A stretch of 64,000 bases of DNA from Omnitrophica WOR_2 bacterium RIFOXYA2_FULL_38_17. Its GTDB lineage: Bacteria > Omnitrophota > Gorgyraeia > Zapsychrales > Zapsychraceae. The notes under the pieces are model-generated. The model worked only from the letters and a program-made list of their open reading frames with translations. It had not been told where the DNA came from and did not search any database. The position numbers were made by a program, and so were the translations under genes. This document shows, one piece after another, positions 1-8,794 of the stretch. The stretch spans positions 3,741 to 67,740 of the forward strand of contig MHHG01000006.1 in NCBI GenBank assembly GCA_001805965.1. Reading direction: 5' to 3'. Numbering within the stretch: the first letter of the stretch is position 1; each line of letters starts with the position of its first letter.

Positions 1-76
1 CAAACCGCCTCCTTGGGTATTTTTATGAAGTATTTTATTTGTATGAATGAAGGCTTCTAACACTTTATAGGAAAAA

Positions 77-955
77 ATGTTCGAAATTATTAATAAACAG
101 ATAATTGCGGAAAGCATAAAGAGAATAGATGTTTATGCTCCAGATATTGCAAGCAAGGTTTTGCCGGGACAGTTTGTAAAGATATGCCCTGAGGAAGGTG
201 ATGAAAGTATTCCTTTAACGGTTTCGGACCATGATGCGGCAAGAGGGATCATTACGCTTATTTTCCAGGAGGTTGGAAGCACAACTGGAAAATTAGGATC
301 TTTGCCAATAGGGGAAGCTGTATTTTCTATTCTTGGTCCTTTGGGTAAGGCGGTTCACATTGAAAAAGTGGGCAGGGTTATTTGTATTGCAACTGGAATA
401 GGAGCTGCTCAGATCCTTCCTATTTGTCGTGCCTTGAAAAAAGAGGGAAACAAAATTGTCGGCATAATTGGAGCTAAGACAAAATCAAAATTGATGCTTG
501 AAGCACAGATGAGAATAGCGTGTGATAAAATTCTTATTGCAACGGAAGATGGTTCTTATGTAAGGAGAGGGCTTGCTTCTGATGTTTTAAGAGAGGTCAT
601 TGGAAAAGAATCAATAGACCTTGTATATGCAATTGGTAATTTGGAAATGATGGAAACAGTTTGCTCAATTACAAAAAAAGCAAAGATCAAGACTCTAGTT
701 CAGCTAAAGCCTATCATGGTAGATTGCGTCGGAATGTGTGGGTCTTGCAGGGTAAAGGTCGGTGGCAAGATATTGATGGCGTGTACAGATGGACCGGAGT
801 TTGATGGCCATAAAGTGGATTTTAAAGATTATCAAATCAGGAAAAAATCACATGAGGAAGCAGGCAAATGCTTAAATCAAAAGTCATTACCCAATCAGCA
901 ACAAAGAGAATCGGGAATTTTAACGAAGTTTCTCTCGGGTATTCTAAAAAAATAG
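77..955 (+). CDS. nfnA: NfnA/SudB-like ferredoxin:NADP+ oxidoreductase small subunit (FAD/NAD-binding, 2Fe-2S)
   Basis: PGQFV, GPLG and TEDGS motifs and the C-terminal MVDCVGMCGSCRV...CTDGPEFDGH cluster motif; adjacent to a GltD-like gene. Confidence 0.85.
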   Translation: MFEIINKQIIAESIKRIDVYAPDIASKVLPGQFVKICPEEGDESIPLTVSDHDAARGIITLIFQEVGSTTGKLGSLPIGEAVFSILGPLGKAVHIEKVGRVICIATGIGAAQILPICRALKKEGNKIVGIIGAKTKSKLMLEAQMRIACDKILIATEDGSYVRRGLASDVLREVIGKESIDLVYAIGNLEMMETVCSITKKAKIKTLVQLKPIMVDCVGMCGSCRVKVGGKILMACTDGPEFDGHKVDFKDYQIRKKSHEEAGKCLNQKSLPNQQQRESGILTKFLSGILKK

Positions 956-2244
956 CGATAGAGGAGTCGAGGAGGTGTCCGCAGTGCACTGAACCTAAGT
1001 GTGTTGATGCTTGTCCGGCTCGAGTTGATATCCCTAAGTTTATCAGGGCATTAAGAGAAGGGGATATCGCAGGAGCATATTCTAAGATAAAGGAAGAGAA
1101 TTGTTTCCCATCTGTTTGTGGACGTATATGTTTTGCGCCTTGTGAAGATGCGTGTGTATTAGCCAAGGAGAACGCTCCTATCGGAATTCGTGCACTTGAG
1201 AGATATATTGCTGATTTTGGTAAATCACGTTTTACAAAAAAGGAATCTTTTTTAAAAATAGCAAAAAGAGTTGCTATTATCGGGGCAGGTCCCAGCGGTC
1301 TTGCAGCAGCCTGCAGCCTTTCAAATAAAGGTTATTCTGTTGAGGTTTTTGAATCATCCGATAAACCAGGAGGGGTCTTATTCTACGGTGTACCGGGTTT
1401 TAGGATACCAAAAAAAGTTCTGGAATCTGAGATCAATGATATTAAAGCCTTAGGCGTAGAGATAAAGAATAATTTTCTGGCAGGCAAAACAGTGCTAATT
1501 GAGGAATTGTTTGGCTCGGGATTTAATGCTGTCTTGATAGCAACCGGAGCAGGAATCCCAAAGCTAATTGACCTACCTGGGGCAAATTTAGGCGGTGTTT
1601 ATTATGGCGAAGAGTTTCTAATGAGGACTAATCTTATTAAGACGAACATTTTTTCCAGATATGTTCCTTCTTTTCCTTTGGGAGAAAGGATCGCTGTTGT
1701 TGGCTCCGGTAATACTGCTTTAGATTGTGCCAGGTCAGCAGTAAGATTTGGCAGGTCAGTCAGCTTGATCTTTAGGAGGACTGAAGATGAGATGATGGTG
1801 CGTTTTGAAGAAAGACAATATGCAAAGGAAGAGGGGGTCAGTTTTCATTCACTAACTCGTCCTGTAGAAATTATTTCAAATAATAGTGGGTTTGTAGGTG
1901 GTTTAAAATGTGTGCGTATGGATTATGCAGATGAAGATTCTGACGGAAAATGGCAGCTTGCTGAAGTTCCGGATTCTGAATTTATTATTGAAGCTGACAC
2001 CGTAGTGATTGCAGTCGGACATAAACCTAATTCTTTAGCTTGTAAAGACAGTGCCAAGATGTCGCCGTCAATCAGTAAAAGTGGCACTATCAAGGTTAAC
2101 AGCAGTAATCTTATGACAAACATTGAAGGGGTTTTTGCTTGTGGCAATGTGACAACTGATGCACGTCCTCTGGTTGAAGCTATTGCATCAGGGAAACGGG
2201 CTGCAGAGGGTATAGATGTTTATTTGAAGAAGATCGTTAAATGA
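868..2244 (+). CDS. nfnB: NfnB/SudA (GltD-like) FAD- and 4Fe-4S-containing oxidoreductase large subunit
   Basis: NFNEVSLGY, RCPQC..PKCVDACP, CGRIC, GAGPSGLAAA and GSGNTALDCAR motifs. Confidence 0.85.
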   Translation: MLKSKVITQSATKRIGNFNEVSLGYSKKIAIEESRRCPQCTEPKCVDACPARVDIPKFIRALREGDIAGAYSKIKEENCFPSVCGRICFAPCEDACVLAKENAPIGIRALERYIADFGKSRFTKKESFLKIAKRVAIIGAGPSGLAAACSLSNKGYSVEVFESSDKPGGVLFYGVPGFRIPKKVLESEINDIKALGVEIKNNFLAGKTVLIEELFGSGFNAVLIATGAGIPKLIDLPGANLGGVYYGEEFLMRTNLIKTNIFSRYVPSFPLGERIAVVGSGNTALDCARSAVRFGRSVSLIFRRTEDEMMVRFEERQYAKEEGVSFHSLTRPVEIISNNSGFVGGLKCVRMDYADEDSDGKWQLAEVPDSEFIIEADTVVIAVGHKPNSLACKDSAKMSPSISKSGTIKVNSSNLMTNIEGVFACGNVTTDARPLVEAIASGKRAAEGIDVYLKKIVK

Positions 2245-2273
2245 TTTATTAAGTTTGAACTGAGGAAGATATA

Positions 2274-3113
2274 ATGAACCAAAGGATAACTGTTCAAGAG
2301 ATAATAGCTAAAAAGAAATCCGGAGAGAAGATAACGGTACTTACTGCTTATGATTATTCTGGTGCGTTGTTAATCGATAAAGCAGGTATTGATATTGTTT
2401 TAGTCGGAGATTCTCTTGCAAATGTTGTCCTGGGCCTGGATTCTACTCTAGAAGTAGGCATGGCAGAAATGATACATCATGCAAAGGCAGTAAACAGGGG
2501 TGTTAAGAGGGCGCTTGTTGTTGGGGATATGCCTTATGAGGCCTATCAAATTGATGTATTTAAAGCAGTTGAAAATGCAAAGAGGTTTGTTGATGAAGCT
2601 GGATGTGATGCCATCAAGCTTGAGTGGTTCGATCAATGTTTAGAAGTTGCAGAAATGGTAGTTGCCCAGGGAATACCTGTAATGGGACATGTTGGTTTAA
2701 CTCCTCAGACTGCTGAAAAGTTGGGGGGGTTTAAAGTTCAGGGTAAAGATGCTGAATCCGCGAAAAAGATCATTGATAATGCAAAGGCCTTAGAGGCAAA
2801 AGGATGCTTTTGTGTGGTATTAGAATGTGTCCCTTTTGCTTTGGCCGAGATCATCACTAAAGAGTTAAGTATCCCTACGATAGGGATCGGGGCCGGCGTC
2901 TATTGCGATGGACAGGTTTTGGTAACAAATGATCTCTTGGGATTGTTTGATAGATATGTCCCAAAATTTGTTAAAAAATATGCGGACCTGAGCGAAGCTA
3001 CATTAAAAGCAATAACTCAATTCCGGGATGAAGTAAAAGCTAGGAAATTTCCTGATGTTGAGCATAGCTATTCAATGTCAATTGATGAAATTAATAGAAT
3101 AAAGGAAGCATAA
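2274..3113 (+). CDS. panB: 3-methyl-2-oxobutanoate hydroxymethyltransferase
   Basis: [20 protein letters not shown] and TIGIGAG..CDGQVLV motifs. Confidence 0.97.
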   Translation: MNQRITVQEIIAKKKSGEKITVLTAYDYSGALLIDKAGIDIVLVGDSLANVVLGLDSTLEVGMAEMIHHAKAVNRGVKRALVVGDMPYEAYQIDVFKAVENAKRFVDEAGCDAIKLEWFDQCLEVAEMVVAQGIPVMGHVGLTPQTAEKLGGFKVQGKDAESAKKIIDNAKALEAKGCFCVVLECVPFALAEIITKELSIPTIGIGAGVYCDGQVLVTNDLLGLFDRYVPKFVKKYADLSEATLKAITQFRDEVKARKFPDVEHSYSMSIDEINRIKEA

Positions 3114-3115
3114 TA

Positions 3116-3454
3116 ATGAAAAAATGCCCCTTTTGTGCCGAAGAGATACAGGATGAAGCAATAAAGTGTAAGCATTGTTCTGAGTTTTTAAATGGAGCAA
3201 GGCCTGCTCCACAAAAAAAGGACAATTTGTCATTGATGCAAAAAGTTCCCTGGTTCTTGGGATTTTTAATTATCGGCCCTTTTGTTTTACCTCTTGTTTG
3301 GAAGAATGCGAAATATTCAAAAGAATATAAGATAATTATTACGATAGTGATATTAGCGCTCACATTGGTTATTGTGTTCGCGTTGATCGCTGCTGTAAAA
3401 AGCATAGCAGCCTATTACAAGAGCCTGACTAATTTATTTAATGGTATGTATTAA
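3116..3454 (+). CDS. Zinc-ribbon domain membrane protein
   Basis: [20 protein letters not shown] followed by two hydrophobic segments. Confidence 0.75.
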   Translation: MKKCPFCAEEIQDEAIKCKHCSEFLNGARPAPQKKDNLSLMQKVPWFLGFLIIGPFVLPLVWKNAKYSKEYKIIITIVILALTLVIVFALIAAVKSIAAYYKSLTNLFNGMY

Positions 3455-3602
3455 TAGAATGTAAATTATCTTGAATTTATATCCCCGCATAATTACCGTG
3501 GGGAGTTTAATTTGGTTAGCTTTTACTGGACATCATGGTTAATATTTGTTAGTATGCCCACGTTTTTTTAAGTATAGTTCGCTGGTTTGATCGATAAAAG
3601 CA

Positions 3603-4544
3603 ATGGATAAAAATCACCCAATAAAAAGAATAAATAGGTTTATAGCTCGAAGCGTTTTCTTTGTGTTTCAAGCAGTTATTCGTATCTTCCCTTATCCTGT
3701 TTTCCGTATAATATTCTGGATCTTCATTCCTTTTGGATATTGCTTTATGCTTGTTAAAAGAGGTTTTGTTATGGGGAATCTCAGGACAGCTTTTGGCAAT
3801 GAGAAGACCGAATTTGAATTAAAAAAAATAGCTAATGATTATTTTTATAATTTTGGAAAAGGAATGATAGAGCTAATCTATTTGCTTAACAGGCCAAAGA
3901 AGATCGTAGAGAATGTTTCAATAGAAGGTCTGGAAAATTTAGAAAAAGTTCTTTCGGCGAATAAAGGGGCGATTATCATTAGTGCGCATTTTGGAAGTTT
4001 TATTGCAATGTATCTTAGGATAATTCAGCAAGGGTATAAAACCAATGTCGTTATGCGTAGAATGAGGGACAATGTTTTCGAAGAGTATATTTCAGATCTC
4101 AGAAGGAAGCTGGGAATTCAAACGATATATTCTCTTCCTCAAAGACAATGTATTCAAGAATCAATTAAAGCATTAAGAAGAAATGAGCTATTATTTATGC
4201 TAATGGATCAGAATTTTGGCGGAGAGGGAGGCGTTTTTGTTGATTTTATGGATAAAAAAGCTTCAACAGCCCCAGGAGCGATAGTTTTTGCAAAACGTAC
4301 AAAAGCGCCTGTGGTTCCGATGTTCATAAGGCGTGATGGCAAAGATAGCTATAAAATTATCATTGAGCCTGAAATGACACTGGAAGAGGATGAAGATGAT
4401 AAGAGGTCAATAGAGCTTAATGTTGCAAAAGCAACAAGAATAATCGAGAGGTATGTAAGGCAATATCCGCATGAATGGGGAGGGTGGATGCATAAGAGAT
4501 GGAAGACAGAATACTCTGAGTTTTCTTCGAATGACCCCAAATAG
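3603..4544 (+). CDS. LpxL/HtrB-family lipid A or lysophospholipid acyltransferase
   Basis: SAHFGS, MDQNFG, FVDF and HKRWK motifs. Confidence 0.85.
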   Translation: MDKNHPIKRINRFIARSVFFVFQAVIRIFPYPVFRIIFWIFIPFGYCFMLVKRGFVMGNLRTAFGNEKTEFELKKIANDYFYNFGKGMIELIYLLNRPKKIVENVSIEGLENLEKVLSANKGAIIISAHFGSFIAMYLRIIQQGYKTNVVMRRMRDNVFEEYISDLRRKLGIQTIYSLPQRQCIQESIKALRRNELLFMLMDQNFGGEGGVFVDFMDKKASTAPGAIVFAKRTKAPVVPMFIRRDGKDSYKIIIEPEMTLEEDEDDKRSIELNVAKATRIIERYVRQYPHEWGGWMHKRWKTEYSEFSSNDPK

Positions 4545-4595
4545 GTCTTGTCTCAAAAAAACTAATATTTTAATTTTAGACTTTATATTTCTCAT

Positions 4596-5999
4596 ATGTT
4601 ATTTAATTCTGTAGAGTTCTTAATATTTTTTACAATAGTTTATTCCTTGTATTTGATCCTGAATTTTAAGTGGCAGAACCGAATGCTCCTTGTTGCCAGT
4701 TATGTGTTTTACGGTTTTTGGGATTGGCGTTTTCTTTCATTGATCATTTTTTCTACTATTGTTGATTATTGTTGCGGTTTGTATATAGCCGAGACTGATG
4801 ACGTTAAAAAGAAAAAGAAATTATTGTTAATAAGTATTTTTATGAATCTTGCGCTCCTTGGATTTTTTAAATATTTTAATTTTTTTGCAGGAAGTTTAAT
4901 AAAGTTGTTTAGCTTATTTGGTGTTTCATTAAAACTGCAGTATCTGAATGTTATCCTTCCCGTAGGAATCTCATTTTATACTTTTCAAACATTAAGTTAT
5001 ACCTTTGATATTTATAAAGGGCAGCTTAAGCCGACAAAAAAATTCTTTGATTTTGCGTTGTTTGTGGCATTTTTCCCCCAATTGGTCGCCGGTCCGATCG
5101 AAAGGGCTAAATGCCTTTTACCTCAAATTCTTGAGCCTCGATCGGTAACACTTAATAAATTTTATGAAGGATGTTTTCTTGTGTTTTGGGGGCTTTTTGA
5201 GAAAATATTTATTTCAGGAAATCTGGCAAAGATAGTTGACCCTGTCTTTGTTTCCGGAGAACATAAAGGTTCAGAGGTTATGGTCGCTCTTTATGCCTTT
5301 GCATTCCAGATCCTTTGTGATTTTGATGGGTATTCGAATATTGCAAGAGGTTTAGGCAAGGTCATGGGTTTTGAATTGATGATAAATTTCAATTTGCCTT
5401 ATTTTGCAACAAATCCGAGCGATTTCTGGAAAAGGTGGCATATCAGCCTTTCAACATGGCTTAAGGATTATCTTTATATCCCTTTAGGAGGGAACAAGGT
5501 CTCTAATTTGATAACATATAGAAATCTGGCAATAACCATGTTATTGGGCGGGTTATGGCACGGAGCTGCTTGGACCTTTGTTGTGTGGGGCGCGTATCAG
5601 GGGATTTTGCTAATGGCTCACCGCAAAGTTTCTTCAATAAGAATATTTGACTTTTTGAAGAACAGGTTTTTTATTGTTAAGCTTTTTGTTTTTTTTCATT
5701 TGGTGGTCCTTGGCTGGCTGTTTTTCAGGGCGCAGAACATGGCGCAAGTAATGAGGATGCTCCATTCTATTGTTTTTAGTCTTGATCTTGACGGGAACAC
5801 TTTGGTGCTTTTCCAAAGATTCCTGCTTGTTGTTTTACCGTTATTGATAGTACAGATCGGCCAGTATAAGAAAAATGATCTGATGTTCCTTTTTCACGGG
5901 CACTGGTTCATTAAGACTTTTGCATATGCTTTAATGACATATCTTATTTTAGGGTATGGAGTTTTAACGGCTGAAGAATTCATTTATTTTCAATTTTGA
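4596..5999 (+). CDS. MBOAT family O-acyltransferase (AlgI/DltB-like)
   Basis: LPVGISFYTFQ, FFPQLVAGPIER, FWKRWHISLSTWLKDYLYIPLGG and GLWHGA motifs. Confidence 0.93.
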   Translation: MLFNSVEFLIFFTIVYSLYLILNFKWQNRMLLVASYVFYGFWDWRFLSLIIFSTIVDYCCGLYIAETDDVKKKKKLLLISIFMNLALLGFFKYFNFFAGSLIKLFSLFGVSLKLQYLNVILPVGISFYTFQTLSYTFDIYKGQLKPTKKFFDFALFVAFFPQLVAGPIERAKCLLPQILEPRSVTLNKFYEGCFLVFWGLFEKIFISGNLAKIVDPVFVSGEHKGSEVMVALYAFAFQILCDFDGYSNIARGLGKVMGFELMINFNLPYFATNPSDFWKRWHISLSTWLKDYLYIPLGGNKVSNLITYRNLAITMLLGGLWHGAAWTFVVWGAYQGILLMAHRKVSSIRIFDFLKNRFFIVKLFVFFHLVVLGWLFFRAQNMAQVMRMLHSIVFSLDLDGNTLVLFQRFLLVVLPLLIVQIGQYKKNDLMFLFHGHWFIKTFAYALMTYLILGYGVLTAEEFIYFQF

Positions 6000-7327
6000 T
6001 GTGTTTAAAATATATGTTCACAAATTATAAAATTTTAACTAGAGTTGCATTTAGAATAGTTTTGTTCCTTCTTTTTATTGAGATATTCCTGCGTTTCGAT
6101 GGATGGATATCTTTAGTTCTTCAGGAGAACAGAAATAAAAGTAATTTAAAAGGACTGAATACTTACAGGATTATATGTATTGGTGATTCAAATACGGCTT
6201 TGGGGGGTGATGAATCTTTTCCTAGTCAACTTGATGTTGTTTTAAACAAATTAGATACAAAAAGAAAATATGAAGTTATCAATAAGGGTTTACCTGCGGC
6301 GGATTCAACGGAAATAGTGGATAATGTTGAAGAGTTGATTAACGAGTATAAGCCTAATATGATAGTTTCAATGATGGGTGCAAATGATAGGAATGATCTA
6401 ACAAAAGAAGATCCGGTTTTTATTCTCATTTCACGATTGAAGGTATTTAAATTAGCCCAGGGAGTTTTTTTGAGACTATTATATTTTAAAAGTGACAAGG
6501 GAATTAATCAGCTGCTTTTAGAAAGAGCGCTTGTTCAGAAAAATAATATTACTGTAAAAAAACAAGAAGTTATTGAGCGTAAGGCAGTAGATCCTCAATA
6601 TGTTAAAATGCTTTTCTTAGGACTTAAAATGCTAGAAGTAAAAGATTATGTGAAAGCGGAAGTAATTTTTAAAAGCCTTGTTTCACAGGATCTTGATATT
6701 ATTTTTCTAGATAGAGCGTACAAAGAGTTGGGGAATAGTTTAAAAGCGCAAGGGAAAATAAACGAGCTTATTAATGTTTTTAAATATCAGTTTGAAAGAG
6801 ATGAATTTAGTGTTTTTGCAACGGATGAAATTAGAGAGTTGTGCAGTAATAAGAAGGCAGTTTATGAGACTGAACAACTGCTTTTGTCATTGCTTGAGAT
6901 AAAACCAGACAGGGAAAATATTAATGGCTTGTTAGGTGCTTGTTATGCAGAGTGGGGAGATGATGTTAAGGCAGAAAAATATCTCAGTAAGGTGCGGGAG
7001 ATAAGAAGAAATGCTGTCAATGTTGCTTCTAAAAAGAATTATTTAAGGTTAGCTGAAATATTGAAGAAAAATAAAATTAAAGGAATTTTTGTGCAATATC
7101 CTATGCTGAGTATGGAAAATCTTGAAATACTGTTTAATGAAATGGATGATTCTTATGATTTCATTTTGGTGGATAATTTGGAAAATTTCAAGGAAGCTCT
7201 TAATCCTGAGAAATACAAAGAGTATTTTAGTGATAGAAGTTTAAATGACCGTGGTCATTGCACTCTAAAAGGAAATTTTATTCTTGCAGAGAACGTAGCT
7301 AAAGTTATTTTAAATAGTTTTAAATAG
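5996..7327 (+). CDS. Membrane-anchored SGNH/GDSL hydrolase with a TPR-like helical insert
   Basis: IGDSNT (block I), NKG, MMGAND and DRGH blocks separated by a helical repeat region; overlaps the MBOAT gene. Confidence 0.65.
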   Translation: MMCLKYMFTNYKILTRVAFRIVLFLLFIEIFLRFDGWISLVLQENRNKSNLKGLNTYRIICIGDSNTALGGDESFPSQLDVVLNKLDTKRKYEVINKGLPAADSTEIVDNVEELINEYKPNMIVSMMGANDRNDLTKEDPVFILISRLKVFKLAQGVFLRLLYFKSDKGINQLLLERALVQKNNITVKKQEVIERKAVDPQYVKMLFLGLKMLEVKDYVKAEVIFKSLVSQDLDIIFLDRAYKELGNSLKAQGKINELINVFKYQFERDEFSVFATDEIRELCSNKKAVYETEQLLLSLLEIKPDRENINGLLGACYAEWGDDVKAEKYLSKVREIRRNAVNVASKKNYLRLAEILKKNKIKGIFVQYPMLSMENLEILFNEMDDSYDFILVDNLENFKEALNPEKYKEYFSDRSLNDRGHCTLKGNFILAENVAKVILNSFK

Positions 7328-7394
7328 ATGAAGTTATACAAAAATGTTTTTTTCAACAAAGGCCTCTTCAGAGTTTTTTATGATTAAAAGCGGC

Positions 7395-7422
7395 TTGCTT
7401 TTTAGAGTTCTTTTGATACAAT
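7395..7422 (+). promoter_or_regulatory. Putative sigma70 promoter for glyQS
   Basis: TTGCTT-N16-TACAAT with an extended TGn -10. Confidence 0.5.
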
Positions 7423-7459
7423 GGTGTTCTTAACGGAGAAAAATTGAGAGAATATATTA

Positions 7460-8767
7460 ATGAAAGATAATGAATTAATGGATAAAATTGTTTCACTTTG
7501 CAAAAGGCGCGGGTTTATTTTTCAGTCTTCCGAGATATATGGCGGCTTGGGCAGCACTTGGGATTATGGCCCTTTGGGTGCGGAGCTGAAAAGGAATGTA
7601 AAGAATGCATGGTGGAAATCGGTTGTCCACGATAGGGAAGATATTGTTGGCTTAGACGCAAGTATCTTGATGCATCCTAAGACCTGGGAAGCATCGGGGC
7701 ACGTTGAAGGCTTTAATGATATTTTGGTTGATTGTAAAAAGTGTAAAGGAAGGTTTCGCCAGGATCATTTAAAGGGTAAATGCCCTAATTGCGGTGCGAA
7801 TGATTTTACGGAAGGGCGTGCTTTTAATTTGATGATGAGCACTAACCTTGGAGCAATGGAAGATTCAAGCTCTAAGGTTTTTTTTCGCCCGGAAACTGCC
7901 CAGGGGATCTTTGTTAATTTTCAAAATGTAATTGATTCAACAAGCCGTAAGCTGCCTTTTGGTATTGCTCAAATGGGCAAGTCTTTTCGTAATGAAGTTA
8001 CTGCAGGTAATTTCACTTTTCGTATGCGTGAATTTGAGCAAATGGAAGTAGAGTATTTTACAACGCCTCAAGAAGCTGAAAAGTGCCATGAACAATGGAT
8101 AGCTGAACGATTTCAGTGGTATGTTGACCTAGGAATTAAGAAGGAAAATCTGCAGCTTCGAGAACATGGCTCAGATGAGTTGGCTCACTATGCAAAAAGG
8201 TGTTGTGATGTTGAGTACAATTTTCCGTTTGGCTGGTCAGAATTAGAAGGAATTGCAAATCGAGCGGATTTTGATCTAAAACAACATTCTGAGTTTTCAG
8301 GAAAAGACCTTCGCTATCAGGATAAGATCAGTAATGAACGGTTTTTCCCTTATGTAATTGAGCCTTCCGGAGGAGTTGACCGTGCAACGCTAGCTTTTTT
8401 AGTGGATGCATACCATGAGGAAGAGGTTGAAGGAAGTACAAGGGTGGTTTTAAGGCTCAATAAAAAACTGGCACCTCGCCATATAGCGATATTACCATTA
8501 TTGAAGAAGAATAATGAAATTGTTAATATGGCTAAAAATATTAAGAGCGACCTGCAAAAAGATTTTGTTTGTGTTTATGACGATACTGCTGCAATCGGTA
8601 AACTTTACAGGAGGCAAGACGAAGTGGGTACTGCATACTGTCTTACCATTGATGTGCAGTCATTAGAGGATAAACAAGTGACTATTAGGGACAGAGATAC
8701 AATGAAACAAGAAAGGATTTCTGTTGAAAATTTAAAAAAATATTTTAAAGAAAATTTAGGAATGTAA
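7460..8767 (+). CDS. glyQS: Glycine--tRNA ligase (homodimeric class IIa type)
   Basis: KRRGF..SSEIYGG, RPETAQGIF, FRMREFEQME, ELEGIANR and IEPSGGVDR motifs. Confidence 0.96.
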   Translation: MKDNELMDKIVSLCKRRGFIFQSSEIYGGLGSTWDYGPLGAELKRNVKNAWWKSVVHDREDIVGLDASILMHPKTWEASGHVEGFNDILVDCKKCKGRFRQDHLKGKCPNCGANDFTEGRAFNLMMSTNLGAMEDSSSKVFFRPETAQGIFVNFQNVIDSTSRKLPFGIAQMGKSFRNEVTAGNFTFRMREFEQMEVEYFTTPQEAEKCHEQWIAERFQWYVDLGIKKENLQLREHGSDELAHYAKRCCDVEYNFPFGWSELEGIANRADFDLKQHSEFSGKDLRYQDKISNERFFPYVIEPSGGVDRATLAFLVDAYHEEEVEGSTRVVLRLNKKLAPRHIAILPLLKKNNEIVNMAKNIKSDLQKDFVCVYDDTAAIGKLYRRQDEVGTAYCLTIDVQSLEDKQVTIRDRDTMKQERISVENLKKYFKENLGM

Positions 8768-8794
8768 TCAGAAAAAGAAAGGGAAGAGTAAAAA

